Assembly (NCBI GenBank): GCA_963711565.1
Contig: CAVQEQ010000003.1
Span: forward strand, 1,184,001-1,248,000
DNA: 64,000 bases
Direction of reading: 5' to 3'
Origin: an uncultured delta proteobacterium
GTDB taxonomy: Bacteria; Desulfobacterota; Binatia; Binatales; Binataceae
Below, in pieces: positions 62,985 to 64,000 of this stretch. The translations under genes were made by a program, and so were the position numbers. Position 1 is the first letter of the stretch. Each line of letters begins with the position of its first letter. Under the pieces are notes generated by a model. It worked only from the letters and a program-made list of their open reading frames with translations, searched no databases and had not been told where the DNA came from.

Positions 62985-63281
62985 ATGGATTTGCCAGTAA
63001 TACTCAACGCCGGCCAGGACGGATACATCGTCGCGGAGTGCCCTGTTATCCCGGGCTGCATCAGCCAGGGCCGTACGCGAAGGGAAGCACTCCGCAACGT
63101 GCGCGAGGCAATCGAGCTGTGCCTGGAAAGCCGCGCGAAAGAAGGATGGGAGCTCGCCTCGCACTACAACGTCGCACGCGTCAAGATCGACGGCGCGAAC
63201 AGAGTGGGAAAACTCGTAAGCGCTGCCCGAAACCTCCGCCGCGTCGCGCCGGCAAAGACATCGCGGTCTCGTAAAGCATAG
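62985..63281 (+). CDS. hicB: HicB family antitoxin (short form)
   Basis: GYIVAECPVIPGCISQGRTRREALRNVREAIELCLE. Confidence 0.88.
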   Translation: MDLPVILNAGQDGYIVAECPVIPGCISQGRTRREALRNVREAIELCLESRAKEGWELASHYNVARVKIDGANRVGKLVSAARNLRRVAPAKTSRSRKA

Positions 63282-63302
63282 GTCGCGACCCGCAAACGTG
63301 CA

Positions 63303-63527
63303 GTGATCCGATTACCCGTCATCTCCGGCGGAGAGTGCATCGCCGCTCTGACGAAGATGGGCTATCGACAGACGCGCCAGAAAGGAAGCCACGCGCGCCT
63401 GGCGTGCCCGAATCGAAATCCGGTAACCGTGCCCCTTCATACAGAACTCGATCGGGGGACGCTCAGGGCTATCCTGCGAACCGTCGAGATCAGTCCAGGT
63501 GAATTCCTTGCGCTCCTGAGAAAATAA
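63303..63527 (+). CDS. hicA: HicA family toxin
   Basis: RQKGSH, VTVPLH, ELDRGTLRAIL. Confidence 0.9.
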   Translation: MIRLPVISGGECIAALTKMGYRQTRQKGSHARLACPNRNPVTVPLHTELDRGTLRAILRTVEISPGEFLALLRK

Positions 63528-63531
63528 TTCG

Positions 63532-64000
63532 TCAGCGCATCAGCCGGAAACAGCTCCGCACTTCCTTGACGAATGTCTCCGGCTGCTCGAAGGCGGCGAA
63601 GTGGCCGCCCTTCGTCAGCTCGTTGAAGTACACCAACTTCGAGAATCGCTTCTCCGCCCATCGCTTCGACGTGCGGAAGATTTCTTTCGGGAAAATCGAA
63701 CAGCCGACCGGGACCGTCACAGGATCAGTCAGCGTGCGGCGAAAGCTTTCCCAGTACAGGCGCGCCGACGACGCCGCGTTGGCCGGCAGCCAGTAGAGCA
63801 TCACGTTGTCGAGCAACTCTTCGCGCGTCAGCACAGCCTCCGGATTCCCGCCGCAGTCGGTCCACGACCAGAATTTTTCCAATATCCACGTGAGCTGCCC
63901 CACCGGCGAATCGGTAAGACCGTAGCTCACCGTCTGCGGCCGCGTGCTCTGCTGCTTCGAGTAGCCCGAGTCCCAATCATTGTAGTGCTGCATTCCCGCG
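63532..64000 (-). CDS. Epoxide hydrolase family protein, C-terminal part
   Basis: QSTRPQTVSYGLTDSPVG, SSARLYWE, GGHFAAFEQPE. Confidence 0.9.
   Translation of the reverse strand, partial: AGMQHYNDWDSGYSKQQSTRPQTVSYGLTDSPVGQLTWILEKFWSWTDCGGNPEAVLTREELLDNVMLYWLPANAASSARLYWESFRRTLTDPVTVPVGCSIFPKEIFRTSKRWAEKRFSKLVYFNELTKGGHFAAFEQPETFVKEVRSCFRLMR

Overview
High-GC bacterial chromosomal window. Gene content and the PT-linker/Ig-like secreted proteins suggest a deltaproteobacterial-grade lineage such as Binatota, but this is inference and unverified. The backbone is mostly housekeeping: lptA-lptC-kdsA-pyrG-kdsB, a D-Ala-D-Ala carboxypeptidase, thpR-recA, alaS, phoH-ybeY-X-lnt, prfB with its programmed +1 frameshift, panE, coaE, hsp20-lemA-htpX, smpB and ssrA (tmRNA). 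A 7.6 kb element is integrated in the ssrA 3' end between 18-bp att repeats (48490-48507 and 56085-56102). It carries a P4-type integrase, a structured intergenic leader, alpA with an early stop codon, a primase-helicase with iteron-like repeats in its 3' end, a secreted NHL/Ig cargo protein and a deletion scar. It has no capsid, terminase or relaxase gene, so it resembles a minimal phage satellite. Other notable items: an AbiGi/ADP-ribosyltransferase-like gene translationally coupled inside the phoH-ybeY-lnt operon; an unlisted 41-aa very basic ORF; several families of short palindromic repeats with compensatory base changes; a probable AUU start for phoH; an orphan motif-degenerate CobS-like protein; a GH-GT2 fusion with an ABC exporter; a stop-loss Hsp20-LemA fusion; and a doubly frameshifted sedolisin-kelch gene. 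All family assignments come from motif recognition by eye, without database searches.
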